64,000 bases of DNA from a virus. Position 1 is the stretch's first letter, and every line of letters begins with the position of its first letter. The notes below the pieces were generated by a model that was not told the origin of the DNA, made no database searches, and saw nothing but the letters and a program-made list of their open reading frames with translations. Below, one piece after another: positions 61,572 through 64,000 of the stretch. The stretch is from positions 76,996 to 140,995 of IMG/VR virus record IMGVR_UViG_3300037840_000188; one strand, 5' to 3'. A program made the position numbers and the translations under genes.

Positions 61572-61810
61572 GCTGGAGTCAGGCGTCGATGGTGAAAACA
61601 GCGGTGGCCACTGAACCTCTGTATACGAGGCAAGAATTCCGCTGAGACGCAGCCCCGCTTGGCCCGAGGGCTTACGGCAATGGCCGCGAGAGTATCCGTC
61701 AGAAGTTCGGGTTTGAATCCGAACGGTTCAACTGGCAGGAGAGGGTAACGGTTGTTGTGAAATCGGGCAGAGAGAAAACGTTAATCCGGGTACTGAACCG
61801 GAACTCCAGC
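61572..61810 (+). ncRNA. Candidate structured ncRNA (~240 nt)
   Basis: Terminal helix GCTGGAGT/ACTCCAGC, inner GCGTC/GACGC and CAGCGG/CCGCTG, T-arm-like GTTCGG-GTTTGAAT-CCGAAC. Confidence 0.45.
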
Positions 61811-61983
61811 TTCAGATTTTGAGAGGATAAAGATGCAGGTTTTTGTGGTTGTACCGGAAAATGATTACGACGCTCCTCCTGCTGTTTTCAGCACCGAGGC
61901 ACTTGCTGCCGATTACTGCCAGGCTAACAACTTCCACCGCTACGAAGAGTACACGGTGGACGCAACCTAGGATCGAGGAATAA

Positions 61984-63495
61984 ATGAGTACAGGCCCCCG
62001 CAAGAATATGATGATCGGTTTGACGCACTCCAAGGAGGGCCTGCCGATCATTATCGAAGACAAGGCCGTGAAGGTGGGCATCGGATTGCCACGCGGCAAG
62101 GCAGTTGATGTCTGGGTGGATACTTCGGGCGAGTGGAATATCCGCCAAGGAAACGCCGTGAGTGGTAAGCTAGCGTTCAAAACCGTGGCGAAGGTAAAGA
62201 CACGCGCTGAGGCCGAGTCTGAATTCCGCAAAGCGTATGAAGCGGCAGACCTGTGTGCTTATCCTCGAAAAATTCCGTACTTCTCGTTTTCCAGGTCTGT
62301 TATCGGGAAGGACGGAACCGAAAGCTACATCCCCGATTTCGATGCGATAGAGGCCTACTCATTTGCCGATCCTAAGCGGCCTGGTCCGCCTACAGAGATC
62401 GATATTGTATTTCTGAGCACGGACCCTTTCCAAGGTCAATTTGCTTATTGGTCGTCTTCCGAACTGCGCTGCTCTGGTGACGGCGTGGATGCTAATCGCA
62501 GCGTCTTGATGTACGATGACGAGAAAAAAGTTCCCGAATCCATGCGAGAAGCATGGAAGGTGGCGAAGGCAGCCGGACAGCGTACATTTGTTGTGTCTAA
62601 CGAATGCTGGAGCTGCGAGTGCCCCTTCTCGAAAGAGAAGGACGGAAAGCCCTCTCCGTGTAAGCCATCCGGAGATCTTCGATTCCAACTCCTACGCAAT
62701 CCGAAGCCAGGCGGTACTGCTTTCTTCCACACTTCTGGCTATCGCAGTATTCGCCAGCTTTTCAGCGCCGTCGAAAGCATTAAGGAGTTGACTGGTGGTC
62801 GTATCTACGGTATTCCCCTGAAGATGGTAGTCAAGTCACACATTACGAATCATGCAAACCAGAGAGCTATCCAGCAAAACGTAACCCTCCGCCCACGGGA
62901 CGAAGATAAGCTGGTCTGGAATAAGCTCATCGAGCGGGCGTGGCAGAAGTACATGTCTTCAGACGTGACATCTCTTCCTGAGCCAACTAAAATGCTCGAA
63001 CCGGCCAGTCAGGATTTCGAAGACTCCCCCATGTCCGCTCAGGCCATGGCTGGTGAATTCTACCCCGACAACGACGAAACCGAAGACACTCCACCGCCGA
63101 CCACCAACTCCCCCGCCACGCAAGCTGCCAGCGCAGCTAAAGTCCAGGAAATCGGCGAGAAGCTGGCCGCCACACAGCAGGCCACTGCACCCGCACCAGC
63201 CAGCAACGTAGTCTCGATAGCCCCGGAAAAAGCCCCTTGGACCGATGCCGAGAAGCCACGAGTGAAGATGACCGAAATATTTCAGGCGCTGCTGAAGGAA
63301 ATCGGCAAGCCTGTGTATGACGGCCTGCTGAAGAAACACGGCCTCGACACTGGCGCGACGATCAAGCATGACGCTCCCGAGGTCTTGGCTTGCTACAAGG
63401 AGATGGTTGTGGCGCGGGAGGCGGCTAAGCAGACGGCAACGCAGCAGACGGCGAGCCAGCAGGCACCGGCTACGGACGAGCGACCACTATTCTAA
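61984..63495 (+). CDS. Gp3-like / recombination directionality factor-like protein
   Basis: WSSSELRCSGDG, CKPSGDLRF, FHTSGYRSIRQL; ends DERPLF. Confidence 0.6.
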   Translation: MSTGPRKNMMIGLTHSKEGLPIIIEDKAVKVGIGLPRGKAVDVWVDTSGEWNIRQGNAVSGKLAFKTVAKVKTRAEAESEFRKAYEAADLCAYPRKIPYFSFSRSVIGKDGTESYIPDFDAIEAYSFADPKRPGPPTEIDIVFLSTDPFQGQFAYWSSSELRCSGDGVDANRSVLMYDDEKKVPESMREAWKVAKAAGQRTFVVSNECWSCECPFSKEKDGKPSPCKPSGDLRFQLLRNPKPGGTAFFHTSGYRSIRQLFSAVESIKELTGGRIYGIPLKMVVKSHITNHANQRAIQQNVTLRPRDEDKLVWNKLIERAWQKYMSSDVTSLPEPTKMLEPASQDFEDSPMSAQAMAGEFYPDNDETEDTPPPTTNSPATQAASAAKVQEIGEKLAATQQATAPAPASNVVSIAPEKAPWTDAEKPRVKMTEIFQALLKEIGKPVYDGLLKKHGLDTGATIKHDAPEVLACYKEMVVAREAAKQTATQQTASQQAPATDERPLF

Positions 63496-63497
63496 GC

Positions 63498-63659
63498 TCC
63501 CGAGGGTAGGGCGGCGTGACATTCGAGCCGCGAACAGGGATGCCTGCGATGCTCCCGCAAGTCGCAGGCTGTCGCCCGCGAGGAAATCGGGCTACTTCGC
63601 TGACTTGAAAAGGAAGTCGGATCATAGCTCATCGTGAAGAGATGGGAAGTGACTCGGGA
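63498..63659 (+). ncRNA. Candidate structured ncRNA (~160 nt)
   Basis: Terminal TCCCGAG/CTCGGGA with inner hairpins GCCTGCGA/TCGCAGGC, GACTT/AAGTC and CTCATC/GATGGG. Confidence 0.4.
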
Positions 63660-63674
63660 AAAATAAGAGGATAC

Positions 63675-64000
63675 ATGAAACAGAAGATCATGGTAGCGGC
63701 TCTCTCTATTGCCTTAACGGGCTGCGGGGATTGCGGAAATGAGTCCCATGTTGGCTCGGTAGTCAAACTTGGAAAGACAGGAGCTTTCTGCAAGACGTAC
63801 GAGGCAGAAATCGTACGTGGCGGATTAAATAACGGTTCTGGAGGCGTCAGCGCAACGGCGTTCGAGTTTACCATCGAAGACCAGAAGTTAGTCGACCTGG
63901 TGCAGGACGCCTTCGATAGGCAATACGAAATCAAAGTCACAGCCCATAATGAGGCTGTATCCTGGTGTCGATCCAACTCTGGCTCAAAGTTCGACACCAG
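63675..64000 (+). CDS. Phage lipoprotein (partial)
   Basis: MKQKIMVAALSIALTGC lipobox; GAGG RBS; runs off window. Confidence 0.65.
   Translation, partial: MKQKIMVAALSIALTGCGDCGNESHVGSVVKLGKTGAFCKTYEAEIVRGGLNNGSGGVSATAFEFTIEDQKLVDLVQDAFDRQYEIKVTAHNEAVSWCRSNSGSKFDT

Noticed and set aside
1-64000. Genome-wide TAG reassignment (genetic code 15)
   Set aside because: Long genes (portal, primase, TROVE) have no internal TAG and several genes end naturally at TAG, e.g. 50514 and 31707. Other in-frame TAG-next-gene junctions (4159, 14663, 55353) join separate genes with their own starts.

Overview
A 64 kb segment of a tailed-phage or prophage genome; the host cannot be determined from this window. 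The left part (1-23.3 kb) is mostly minus strand and carries a portal gene, a split terminase large subunit, HNH genes and many small ORFs. From 23.5 kb it is mostly plus strand: serine recombinase, DNA methyltransferases, primase-helicase, a probable origin, repeated early promoters, a long accessory region and recombination/replication genes. Mobile elements are three different cargo-carrying IS1595-family elements, each with TIRs and a perfect 8-bp TSD, plus two TnpB genes. The most striking locus is 3.9-7.2 kb: a Ro60/TROVE-vWA-like gene, an HNH nuclease and two small genes, directly preceded by three tandem Y-RNA-like units. The units share one conserved, covarying closing helix, but each holds a tRNA-like module opened at a different point (acceptor stem, anticodon loop, variable junction). 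Other notable signals are a ~600-nt promoter-driven structured non-coding region, two smaller closed-stem ncRNA candidates, in-frame TAG codons inside two proteins, a probable ACG start for the terminase, and a C5 methyltransferase with a nested alternative-frame subunit. All protein calls come from motif recognition by eye, not database searches.
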